The notes under the pieces are model-generated. The model had not been told where the DNA came from, searched no databases, and worked only from the letters and a program-made list of their open reading frames with translations. A stretch of DNA of 64,000 nt, taken from positions 21,941 to 85,940 of the forward strand of contig JBCBSJ010000001.1 of assembly GCA_039819245.1 (NCBI GenBank), read 5' to 3'. Every line of letters begins with the position of its first letter. Within the stretch, counting starts at the first letter, position 1. This document shows positions 30,051 through 38,951 of this stretch, piece after piece. Origin of the DNA: Cyanobacteria bacterium J06638_20 (GTDB lineage Bacteria > Cyanobacteriota > Cyanobacteriia > Elainellales > Elainellaceae). A program made the translations under genes and the position numbers.

Positions 30051-30599
30051 TCAGCTAAACAATCGCTGCGCTTCTAACGTGATATCGGGAAAGGCGAGAG
30101 GTGAAACCAGATCCTGAGTTAAGCTCCGCTCAGCCTGATAGATTCCTGTCTGAAGATCACGAAAGACCCGAAGTCGACGGTTCTGTAAATCCACGACCCA
30201 GTACTCCAAAATACCAGCGTCGGCATAGGTATCCTTCTTCTCACCTAAATCCTTGACTAGGGTCGTGTTGGCGTATTCGATGAGCCAAAAGATATCCATT
30301 GGGTAAGGATGATGGTCTAAATAACGCCGCAGGGGCGACCGCACGATCGCGATGTCGGGAATGGGCTCAGAATCATTAGGCAACGTAATGGGTTTGGTTT
30401 CTCGCACCGCCGCGCGATCGCCCAGACACTGACGCAAGTACTCTGCACCCGTACTGCTGTAGCAGGCATGAGGTTCACGTTCGGGAGCCATAACGACTAA
30501 ATTTCCGCGCAGAAGCTCAACAGCTTGGTTATCAAAGACTCCAGCATCTAGCGCTGTGTGGTAGCGATCCACTGTCCAGTGATACAGAGCAAGGGTCAT
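30051..30599 (-). CDS. Uma2 family protein
   Basis: PIPDIAIV, YADAGILEYWVVDL. Confidence 0.9.
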   Translation of the reverse strand: MTLALYHWTVDRYHTALDAGVFDNQAVELLRGNLVVMAPEREPHACYSSTGAEYLRQCLGDRAAVRETKPITLPNDSEPIPDIAIVRSPLRRYLDHHPYPMDIFWLIEYANTTLVKDLGEKKDTYADAGILEYWVVDLQNRRLRVFRDLQTGIYQAERSLTQDLVSPLAFPDITLEAQRLFS

Positions 30600-30767
30600 G
30601 GAACGAGCCTCAACAGCAGTGATCCAGATTAGTAATACTAGCTAGTATTACTAGCCAGAATTCTAAAGTATCGGCTCAGTCCACAACTAAAACATCACCC
30701 ATCCACCCATCCACCGTTCGGCTGAGCGCTCACGTCGAAGCCCATCTACCCATCCACCCCCACACCC

Positions 30768-33700
30768 TTACAGTCCCAACTGCCGCTTCAACGCCTCCGG
30801 CACCCCAATCGCACTCGCCAATCCCTTCACGCCGTTCCAGTTAGTGTCTTCATTCCATTGGATGGTGCCGTATTCGTCGGATAACTTCGTTCTTGTTAAG
30901 TCGGTGTCGCTGAGGTCAGCGTTACGGAGGTCAGCGTCACTGAGGACGGCGGAACGGAGGACGGCGGAACGGAGGTCGGCGGCACGGAGGTCGGCGGCAC
31001 GGAGGACGGCGGAACTGAGGTCGGCGGAACTGAGGTCGGTGGAACGGAGGTCGGTGTCGCTGAGGTCGGTGGAACAGAGGTCGGCGGAACAGAGGTCGGC
31101 GGAACGGAGGTCGGCGGAACGGAGGTCGGCGGAACGGAGGACGGCGTCACGGAGGTCGGCGTCACGGAGGACGGCGGAACTGAGGTCGGCGTCACGGAGG
31201 TCGGCGTAACAGAGGTCGGCGTCACGGAGGTCGGCGTCACGGAGGTCGGCGGAACTGAGGTCGGCGTCACGGAGGTTCGTATAGTGCAGAAAAGAGCTGA
31301 GAAGCTGCTGGAAGGCTGACACGCCTAAGCAGTGACTGATACCTATCAGTCGGCGTAGTCTCTCCTCGTCAACGACATCACTGTTGGTGGGATGTTGACA
31401 AGGGTTAAATTCCAGGGTGGATTGGGGCCGTTCAGTCGCTTCTGGTGTTTGTGCTGAGGTTGACCCTAAGCTGGGTAAACCATAGCGATGCAGCTCAAAC
31501 AACAGAATCATGAGGTTGAGTCCGGTGTAGACATCCACCTGGCGCTGCCCTAATCGCTCTTCTCGATCCGGTGTTCGTTCACGCAGCAAGCGCATTTTTT
31601 GTTGAGGTAAGTTCTCCGGAGGCGCGTCAATGAATTCCCCCTCACTCCAGCGCCAGTAGAAGTCGTAGAGGCGTTGGTGCAGTTTCTGCGGTTCAAACTC
31701 GGGATGCTTGGTGAGTAGAGCGGTCAGGTATTCCACAATTTCGGGCGTGAGGACATGGCAACCGAGCAGGTCGTACATCAGCCAGCAAAAGGCAGGATCA
31801 TCGATGTCGTATTCCCGGTTGCGACTTGGCTGACAGATATCGATCAGGCCATTGACGATCCGCTCGGCACATAAGAACTCGCCAAAACTTTTGTGGACAA
31901 ACTCAATGGAGCCTTCGCCCTGTCGTCCTTCCTGGAGGTAGAACGCAGCTAGGGCATTGCGGAGGGGGGTATCGTCAGTTTTTTGCGGTGTATCGTCAGT
32001 TTTTAGTCGTCGCTGAGCTTCTGCCAAAAATTGTTTCGCAGCACTATCCTGCTGTAAACGCATCTCAATCGTCTTGATTCGCACAAATTCCATACCGGAT
32101 TGCACCACACAGAGTCCTGCCTCCTGCAAAATGCGTCGGAGATTTTCTGGTGCCAGCTCCGTGATGTTGGGGTTTAAGTCATGGGCCTCGGTGTCCTGAG
32201 TAACTGCTGAGGTTTCTTCCTTCCGGTGATGTCTCTCGGCCCGCTGTTTCGTGAGGACCCAATCTAGGGTGCGCTCGTAGATAAGGACTTTGGCCTTTGC
32301 ACCCTTGGCTCCTGCAAACATGTCCAACCGCAGCTCATCATCACGGTACATAGCGGCTAACAAGTACAACAGCAATGGCTCTCGTGCTAGTTCCCGCAAT
32401 CGTTCTGGCAAACGTTTATCATGCGAAATGTCCATAAAATGTGGTTTATCCTGGCCAATCAGTTGGCTCCAGCGTTCAAACCACTGCTGTTGAATTTCAT
32501 TATCCATTGGCAGGATTTCTACCCGCGCCAAGTTGTCTGGCATCCGGCTTTCAATGACTTGCAGTGCTAGAGTTCGGCCAGTAATCAGCACCTGATGCCC
32601 CTTTTCCGAGTTCCGCGCACACTGCTCCTGAAACCGTCCTACCTGATCGAGAAAGTGGTCGAGGCCGCCGCTAGTGCGGCCTTCCATCAGCAGTTCATCA
32701 AAGCCATCCAGAATGAACAGGAAGTTGACGTTGCGATCTGTGAGCCAGCCGGAGTCGGTTTTGGCGAAGTCCCGATCCACCGCTTTCGCCAGGGTTTCCT
32801 CAAAGTCGCGGGACAGCACCGATACATCCCGCAGGCGAATCAAAATCGGTGTCCAGCGAGGATGTTCGTGACGTCGTACCCAATCGGCAAACATACGACA
32901 AAAAACGCTTTTGCCACGTCCTGGCCCACCCTGAATAAAAAGGACCTTATCCTTCTGGTTATCGCTATGGAGCTTTAGCTTGATCCATTCATCTAGGACA
33001 ACTGGGTTCTTCCATCCGTCGTAATCTCCACTTTTTGTCAGGGGATGCGCTTTGAGCGGCACGTAAATGTCTTTGAAGGTAAAGGGTTCAGCAAATACGT
33101 TTTCGTGGGGGCGCGGGGCAATCCACTCCTCCAGGTAGGTATCGATGCTGAGGTACTTCTCAAAGACGGCATCCCCTCCGACGCGATACCACTCGGTAAT
33201 GCGCTGCACCTGATCGCCCGCTTCGGCAATGGCAATGCGCATATGTTTATCGGTATTTCGTGCCACGAGTTCGGCAATCTTGAGCGCCTTGGCGGGGTCA
33301 ATACCGATGTGCTCAAGTCTTGCTTGGAGGGCTTGGTTAAAGGCTGTAGCTAGCGCTGACTGATGAAAGTACAGGGTGGCGAAGCGGGCATCTTTGTCAG
33401 TGAGTTCCAACGCGGCAAGGGCTTTCATCGCTGAGTTGAGCGTTGGCGACGGCTTCTTTTGGCTAGCGGCCATTAAGGCTTGTTGGTTTTGGGGCGATTG
33501 ACGGGTAATGAATTCCTTGAAGCTTTCGAGATACGCTGCTTGGCTCAGTAACGCCACTGACTGCGCTAACGTCGGTTCTGATTGAGTTGTTTCGAGATAA
33601 AACCGCAGCAGTCCCGTGGCAATGGAGATGAAGGGGAGGCTGGCACCCACCAGCTTACCGAAAGGTGAGTTTAAGGCATCCAACAACGAATCCAGTTGAT

Positions 33701-33860
33701 TCACTAACGGGGCCAGCTGCGCGATTTGCGGGCCTTCTTCCGCCAGAGCTTCGGCCAGTCCCAGCACTGCATCGGCGGCATCAGCCGTGCTATCCACCGC
33801 ATCCAGGGAGGCTAATTCTCGGATATCGGTGGTCAAAAACTTCCAGAGACGACTTGCCAT
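30768..33860 (-). CDS. NACHT (STAND) NTPase with C-terminal pentapeptide repeats
   Basis: GGPGRGKS Walker A, FILDGFDE Walker B, ITGR sensor, PLLL; about 25 A(D/V)Lxx repeats. Confidence 0.88.
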   Translation of the reverse strand: MASRLWKFLTTDIRELASLDAVDSTADAADAVLGLAEALAEEGPQIAQLAPLVNQLDSLLDALNSPFGKLVGASLPFISIATGLLRFYLETTQSEPTLAQSVALLSQAAYLESFKEFITRQSPQNQQALMAASQKKPSPTLNSAMKALAALELTDKDARFATLYFHQSALATAFNQALQARLEHIGIDPAKALKIAELVARNTDKHMRIAIAEAGDQVQRITEWYRVGGDAVFEKYLSIDTYLEEWIAPRPHENVFAEPFTFKDIYVPLKAHPLTKSGDYDGWKNPVVLDEWIKLKLHSDNQKDKVLFIQGGPGRGKSVFCRMFADWVRRHEHPRWTPILIRLRDVSVLSRDFEETLAKAVDRDFAKTDSGWLTDRNVNFLFILDGFDELLMEGRTSGGLDHFLDQVGRFQEQCARNSEKGHQVLITGRTLALQVIESRMPDNLARVEILPMDNEIQQQWFERWSQLIGQDKPHFMDISHDKRLPERLRELAREPLLLYLLAAMYRDDELRLDMFAGAKGAKAKVLIYERTLDWVLTKQRAERHHRKEETSAVTQDTEAHDLNPNITELAPENLRRILQEAGLCVVQSGMEFVRIKTIEMRLQQDSAAKQFLAEAQRRLKTDDTPQKTDDTPLRNALAAFYLQEGRQGEGSIEFVHKSFGEFLCAERIVNGLIDICQPSRNREYDIDDPAFCWLMYDLLGCHVLTPEIVEYLTALLTKHPEFEPQKLHQRLYDFYWRWSEGEFIDAPPENLPQQKMRLLRERTPDREERLGQRQVDVYTGLNLMILLFELHRYGLPSLGSTSAQTPEATERPQSTLEFNPCQHPTNSDVVDEERLRRLIGISHCLGVSAFQQLLSSFLHYTNLRDADLSSADLRDADLRDADLCYADLRDADLSSAVLRDADLRDAVLRSADLRSADLRSADLCSADLCSTDLSDTDLRSTDLSSADLSSAVLRAADLRAADLRSAVLRSAVLSDADLRNADLSDTDLTRTKLSDEYGTIQWNEDTNWNGVKGLASAIGVPEALKRQLGL

Positions 33861-33895
33861 AGGAAACTACTGAAAATGCCTTCCCACAGATTAAC

Positions 33896-34537
33896 TCAGC
33901 GCTTTGTGGTCGCCTGTGTTTGAATGAGCGGATTGGTCGCCTTTTCTAGCCATTGCAGCAGGCTATTGGTAGCAAACGCTAGCAGGGACACCACGATCGC
34001 CCCTGCCCAAATTTTGTCCAAGCGATTGGTTTGAATGCCGTCGAAGAGGAGCGTCCCTAAGCCCCCCGCATTGAACTTAGCGCCAATGGTAGCGATCGCA
34101 ATGGAAACAACGGTGGCAATTCTGACCCCAGCGAGAAAGACTGGCAAAACCAGGGGAACCTCAACCCACCACCAGCACTGCCAGCGATTCATCCCCATCC
34201 CTTTTGCGGCTTCCAGCACCGCTCCATCAATCCCCGTGAGCCCTACGGTGAGATTGCGCACCAGAATGACCTGGGTATAGAGCACCATCGCCATAATCAC
34301 CGAGCGGGCATTGAGGCCAAGCAGCGGCACCAAAAAGATAATGAGGGCCAAGCTTGGGATCGTATAGATAATGCTGAGGCTACCGAGGATGGGGACTGAC
34401 AGCCAGCGATAGCGGGTGACGACTAGAGCCAGAGGGACTGCAATGAGTACGGCGAACAAAAGGGTTGCCCCCACCATCTGCAGATGCTGGAGGAGGAGCT
34501 GCATCACGACGCCAGGCTCATTGAGCAGATAGCTCAC
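33896..34537 (-). CDS. Osmoprotectant ABC transporter permease
   Basis: YTIPSLAL, EAAKGMGM, AGGLG. Confidence 0.88.
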   Translation of the reverse strand: MSYLLNEPGVVMQLLLQHLQMVGATLLFAVLIAVPLALVVTRYRWLSVPILGSLSIIYTIPSLALIIFLVPLLGLNARSVIMAMVLYTQVILVRNLTVGLTGIDGAVLEAAKGMGMNRWQCWWWVEVPLVLPVFLAGVRIATVVSIAIATIGAKFNAGGLGTLLFDGIQTNRLDKIWAGAIVVSLLAFATNSLLQWLEKATNPLIQTQATTKR

Positions 34538-35502
34538 GCGGGTTGCGCCTCCATCGCCGATGCACGAATGTGCTCCAGGGTGAGCCAGCCAACGGGTTGA
34601 TCCTGATCGAGAACGGTCAGTTCTTGGGAACCCGTTTGCAGCATCAAAGAGAGGGCGTCTCGCAGGCTAGCCTGTCGTACAAGGGTGGGCTTATCTAGCG
34701 TTGCATCCTGTCCCATCGGCAAATCCACCATCACCGAGGTGACCGACAAGAGACCCAACTGGCGCAAGCGATCGCCTGCACCCAATAGCGTGTGAACAAA
34801 GTTGTCTACAGGCTGAGTGAGCAGCTTCAACGGCGTATCAAACTGGGCGATCGTGCCTTCCCGCATGATCAGAATGCGATCGCCTAGCCGCAGGGCCTCT
34901 TCCACATCGTGGGAGACAAAGAGAATCGTTTTCTGGAGCTGTTGCTGTAAACGCAGGATCTCAGTTTGCAGGTCGCGGCGCGTAATGGCATCGATTGCCC
35001 CAAAAGGTTCGTCCATCAGCATGTACTCAGGCTCTCCTGCCAAGGCACGGGCAATGCCGACCCGCTGCTGCTGCCCACCGGATAGCTGAGCCGGATAGCG
35101 ATCGCGATAATCCCCCGGCTGTAATTGAACCAAGTGCAGCAGTTCATCAACCCGAGCCTGGATTTTGGGTGGCGGCCACTTCAGGAGACGCGGCACGATC
35201 GCCACATTTGCCGCCACGGTCATGTGGGGAAACAGTCCGGATTGTTGAATGACATAGCCAATTTTTTGGCGCAGAGCTGTGGTTTGGATGCGGCGAATAT
35301 CCTGACCATCAATGCAAATACGGCCTGCGGTTGGCTCATACAGGCGGTTCACCATTTTCAGCAGGGTTGTTTTGCCACAGCCGGATGGCCCTAGAATCAC
35401 AACGAGTTCGCCAGCGTGAATTTCACCACTCACGCCCTTTACCGCTGCACGCGATGCTCGGGGAAATTGTAAGGTAACCTGCTCGAACCGAATAGTGCCC
35501 AT
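34534..35502 (-). CDS. Osmoprotectant ABC transporter ATPase with CBS-like tail
   Basis: GPSGCGKTT, LSGGQQQR, MDEPFGA. Confidence 0.9.
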   Translation of the reverse strand: MGTIRFEQVTLQFPRASRAAVKGVSGEIHAGELVVILGPSGCGKTTLLKMVNRLYEPTAGRICIDGQDIRRIQTTALRQKIGYVIQQSGLFPHMTVAANVAIVPRLLKWPPPKIQARVDELLHLVQLQPGDYRDRYPAQLSGGQQQRVGIARALAGEPEYMLMDEPFGAIDAITRRDLQTEILRLQQQLQKTILFVSHDVEEALRLGDRILIMREGTIAQFDTPLKLLTQPVDNFVHTLLGAGDRLRQLGLLSVTSVMVDLPMGQDATLDKPTLVRQASLRDALSLMLQTGSQELTVLDQDQPVGWLTLEHIRASAMEAQPA

Positions 35503-35520
35503 AGGCTGGCTGTAACAATC

Positions 35521-36435
35521 CTAGGAGTCTGCCTCAAGCAGGCCATATTCTTCTAAAAAGCTTTGCGCTACATCGGCCGGTTCTTCGCCTTCGCCGGAGA
35601 CGCGGTAATTAAGCCCCTGCATCACTTCATTGGTGAGAACGGGGGACAATTCATCTAAAACCGTAGCGACTTCAGGATTGGCGGTGAGTAAGGCTTGACG
35701 AACTACCGGAGCCACTTGATAAGGCGGAAAAAGCTGCTGATCGTCTTCAAGCACCACCAAATCAAAGGCGCTGATCTCACCATCTGTACCAAAGGCCACG
35801 GCCACATCCGCTTCCCCATCCACGAGTCCCTGATACCGCAGTCCCGGTTCTACAGGTTTGTAGGCTTGGAGCTGGAAGTCGCCGTAGGCGGTCTTCAAGC
35901 CTGGTAAACCATCTTCCCTAACTTCAAATTCGGGTGGCCCAATTAGGGTGAGGGTATCCGCTTGGCTCGCAAAGTCGGAAATGGTCGTGATACCCAATTC
36001 AGCTGACTTTTCCTGGGTCATCGCCAGCGCTTGGGTATTATTCATGGGCGCTGGCTTGAGCCAGACTAAATCAAACTGTTCCTTATACTGGCTAGAAACC
36101 GTTGCGTACACCGCCTCCGGGTCACTGTTCGCAGGTTCCTTTAACACTGTGAGTAATCCCGTGCCCGTGTATTCGGGATACAGGTCAATTTCCTCACTTT
36201 CGAGGGCCGCTTGCGCAACAGGCGTACCGCCTAGATTGAGCTTGCGCTCAACGGTAAAGCCAGCATCTTCTAAAACCAGGGCATAAATTTCCCCAAGAAT
36301 CAGCTGCTCCGTAAAATCCTTAGAGCCTACTCGAATCGTGTTGCCATTTGAGCCTCCACCCGCACAGGCAATCACCAGGCTCAGCGTGAATATCATGAGT
36401 AGGAATTGAGTCAGCCAGCGGCGAAGTCGCATCAT
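35521..36435 (-). CDS. Glycine betaine/osmoprotectant-binding lipoprotein
   Basis: Lipobox VIAC; VGSKDFTEQ, YPEYTGT, FPPY. Confidence 0.9.
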   Translation of the reverse strand: MMRLRRWLTQFLLMIFTLSLVIACAGGGSNGNTIRVGSKDFTEQLILGEIYALVLEDAGFTVERKLNLGGTPVAQAALESEEIDLYPEYTGTGLLTVLKEPANSDPEAVYATVSSQYKEQFDLVWLKPAPMNNTQALAMTQEKSAELGITTISDFASQADTLTLIGPPEFEVREDGLPGLKTAYGDFQLQAYKPVEPGLRYQGLVDGEADVAVAFGTDGEISAFDLVVLEDDQQLFPPYQVAPVVRQALLTANPEVATVLDELSPVLTNEVMQGLNYRVSGEGEEPADVAQSFLEEYGLLEADS

Positions 36436-36546
36436 GAACCTTATGATCTACGAGATGTATGGGTAGCCAATCACCCCATAGAGGATAGCACTTGCATTAA
36501 CGACCATTGCTACACTGAAAGCTAATTACGATGGCGGTTGTTATCT

Positions 36547-37239
36547 ATGTCTACCCCAACGACTAAAACGACTCAAGTCCAATCGGGACAGACATTAGCT
36601 GAGACCATTATCTTTCCGCCGGGTGACCTCTACAGTAACGAACCTCCCTTGGAAACGGATTTGCACCGCGATCAGATCGATTTGTTGATTCGCCTCTTGA
36701 AATCGATTTGGCAAGATCGGCAAGACTTTTATGTTTCGGGGAATCTCACGGTCTATTACAGTCCTAACCAACTTAAATCGGAAGACTTTCGAGGTCCTGA
36801 CTTTTTTGTCGTTTTAGGTACTGAGCGTAAGCCTCGCAAAAGCTGGGTTGTTTGGGAAGAGGGCGGTCAGTATCCCAACATCATCATTGAGTTACTCTCG
36901 GAGTCAACAGCTGAGACCGATCGCGGTTTGAAAAAGCAAATTTATCAGGATATTTTTCGGACCCCTGACTATTTCTGGTTTGATCCTTACAGCCTTGAGT
37001 TTGCTGGTTTTCATTTGCTCGATGGTGTTTACCAACCGATTCCTGTAACGCCGGAAGGTTGGCGCTGGAGTGAACAGCTAGGGCTGTTTTTGGGGATTGA
37101 TGCTAACCAGTTACGCTTTTTTACCGCTGAGGGAGTCTTGGTTGCCAGTCCCGAGGAGCAAGCTGATAGGGAACGTCAACGTGCTGATCGCTTAGCCGCT
37201 CGACTCCGCGAACTGGGGATTGACCCTGAGCAGGTGTAG
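36547..37239 (+). CDS. Uma2 family protein
   Basis: FRGPDFFVV, IIELLSEST. Confidence 0.9.
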   Translation: MSTPTTKTTQVQSGQTLAETIIFPPGDLYSNEPPLETDLHRDQIDLLIRLLKSIWQDRQDFYVSGNLTVYYSPNQLKSEDFRGPDFFVVLGTERKPRKSWVVWEEGGQYPNIIIELLSESTAETDRGLKKQIYQDIFRTPDYFWFDPYSLEFAGFHLLDGVYQPIPVTPEGWRWSEQLGLFLGIDANQLRFFTAEGVLVASPEEQADRERQRADRLAARLRELGIDPEQV

Positions 37240-37433
37240 GACATCGGGCCTAACAAATTTTCAAGCACCTTCGGCAATCGTTTGCTTGGCCGCGTCTGGG
37301 GCTGAAGACGCCAGACCTGAAAGCGTTTCGGTGGCTCGCGATCGCTGGATCTTCAGGCGGCCGATATTACTGGTCAATAGGAAACGGGTGAAACGGGCGA
37401 TCGCAATCACCGGCAAGACAGTGGTATCTGAAT

Positions 37434-37735
37434 CTATTGCATAGATCACAAATTTTTCCGGTTGTTGATCATCCCAATCAAGTCTTCAACGTGAATGATG
37501 GGAGCATGTCACTTGCGAACCCTCACCCTAAGTCCCTCTCCCAAGCTTGGGAGAGGGACTTCAAAATGCTTGCTCCCCTTCTCCCAATATTGGGAGAAGG
37601 GGTTGGGGGATGAGGGCTATTCAGGAATTTGCAAACCTGACATGTTCTCTGAATGATTCTGTCAAAGCCGTCATTGCTGAGGTGAATATAGAAAGGGCAA
37701 AGATCCAGCTAAAAACTTGCGAGAAATTGGCATGA
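37434..37735 (+). pseudogene. S1-domain relic interrupted by a MITE
   Basis: Removing the MITE and one TSD restores LLHRSQIFPVVDHPNQVFNVNDSVKAVIAEVNIERAKIQLKT. Confidence 0.6.
37500..37649. mobile_element. 150-bp MITE, copy 2 (inverted relative to copy 1)
   Basis: Ends GGGAGCATGTCA...TGACATGTTCTC; perfect TGAATGAT duplication at 37492-37499 and 37650-37657. Confidence 0.88.
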
Positions 37736-37950
37736 CAAACAATTCTGGATCGTAGGTATTCGCTTGCAACTAAAAATCAGAATGCTCTTTACATAGTCGA
37801 TGACAAGCATCAGAACTCTGGCTATCTCACCGACGTCTCTGGAACTAGACGGTAAGGTGGAATTGTCAGGCAGTCAGTGTGAAGTGCTATGGCGATACGC
37901 TATGGCCTTGCCGTGTTTCTAAACTCAAGTGATTGGGAGAGCAAGTGGTG

Positions 37951-38430
37951 ATGTGGCAACGTTTCTGGCAAGCAATACTCATCCTAGGGCTGGGGGCATC
38001 GGGCGCGATCGCGAGTGAACCGAGCCCAAACGTTTCAGGCATCCTGGAGGGTGAGCGATCGGCAGCTACAGATATCGCAGTCCCCCTAGTCTCACCGGCA
38101 GTTGTGAGCGTCCCCATCCTAGCGGAGACAACCTTGGGTTTTCCCTTAGTGGATGTCCGCCCTGATCACTGGGCTGCCTCGGCAGTCACCAACTTGATCG
38201 ATAACTATAGCTGCCTAGCAGGCTACCCGGATGGTACCTTTCGTGGGGACGAATTGGTAACGCGTTATGAATTTGCCGCTGCCATGGATGCTTGCCTTGC
38301 TAGCTTGCTAAATCAAATTGAGCAAACTCGACAGACCGAGCAAATCGAGTTGACTGAACTCATGAATAACTTAGAGGCTTTGGAAGCAGAGCTGGGTTCT
38401 CTATCGGAAGACGTAGACACTCTAGAATGA
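37951..38430 (+). CDS. SLH-domain/coiled-coil protein resembling a porin N-terminus without the barrel
   Basis: DVRPDHWA...YSCLAGYPDGTFRG...TRYEFAA. Confidence 0.75.
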   Translation: MWQRFWQAILILGLGASGAIASEPSPNVSGILEGERSAATDIAVPLVSPAVVSVPILAETTLGFPLVDVRPDHWAASAVTNLIDNYSCLAGYPDGTFRGDELVTRYEFAAAMDACLASLLNQIEQTRQTEQIELTELMNNLEALEAELGSLSEDVDTLE

Positions 38431-38561
38431 TCCCGACTCAAGTGGCTGCATGACGTCACGACGAGCTCTCAGGAAAACATCAGACTCCCTTCAGGTCTGT
38501 AGGGCAGCATTAAAAGTGAAGGTTAGTTTGTTGTGTGTTTCCTGGTAGATGACTCGCAATC

Positions 38562-38951
38562 ATGTCTCATATTGCATTAGTTGAAGATTACTTCCCCCAT
38601 GCCCAGCTCATGGGGATGGACTTAGCGGAAGGCGGCTACCAAGTCAGTCAATATTCCACCGGGGAAGCGGCCTTAACAGCCATTAAAGCCGGTGCTCCCA
38701 ACCTCGTACTGTTAGACTGGCATCTGCCAGGGCTCAGCGGCCTTGAGGTTTGTCAGCGGTTACGGGCAGAAGGCTACCAGCAGCCCATCCTGTTTGTATC
38801 GGCGATGGCCGGTGAGGACAATGTGCGCGCGGGGTTAGCTGCGGGTGCCGATGGCTATTTGGTGAAGCCCTTTGTCCCCAAAGAGCTGTTAGGGATGATT
38901 GCGCATCATCTGCAAAAAACGCGTACCCCTTCGGAGCATTCAGCGGCTTAA
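38562..38951 (+). CDS. Single-domain response regulator
   Basis: LVED, LLDWHLPG, YLVKPF. Confidence 0.88.
   Translation: MSHIALVEDYFPHAQLMGMDLAEGGYQVSQYSTGEAALTAIKAGAPNLVLLDWHLPGLSGLEVCQRLRAEGYQQPILFVSAMAGEDNVRAGLAAGADGYLVKPFVPKELLGMIAHHLQKTRTPSEHSAA

Noticed and set aside
30844..31270. Repetitive ORFs (SAERR..., PTSV...) and a CRISPR-like appearance
   Set aside because: Alternative frames of the 15-bp pentapeptide repeat; no unique spacers and no cas genes
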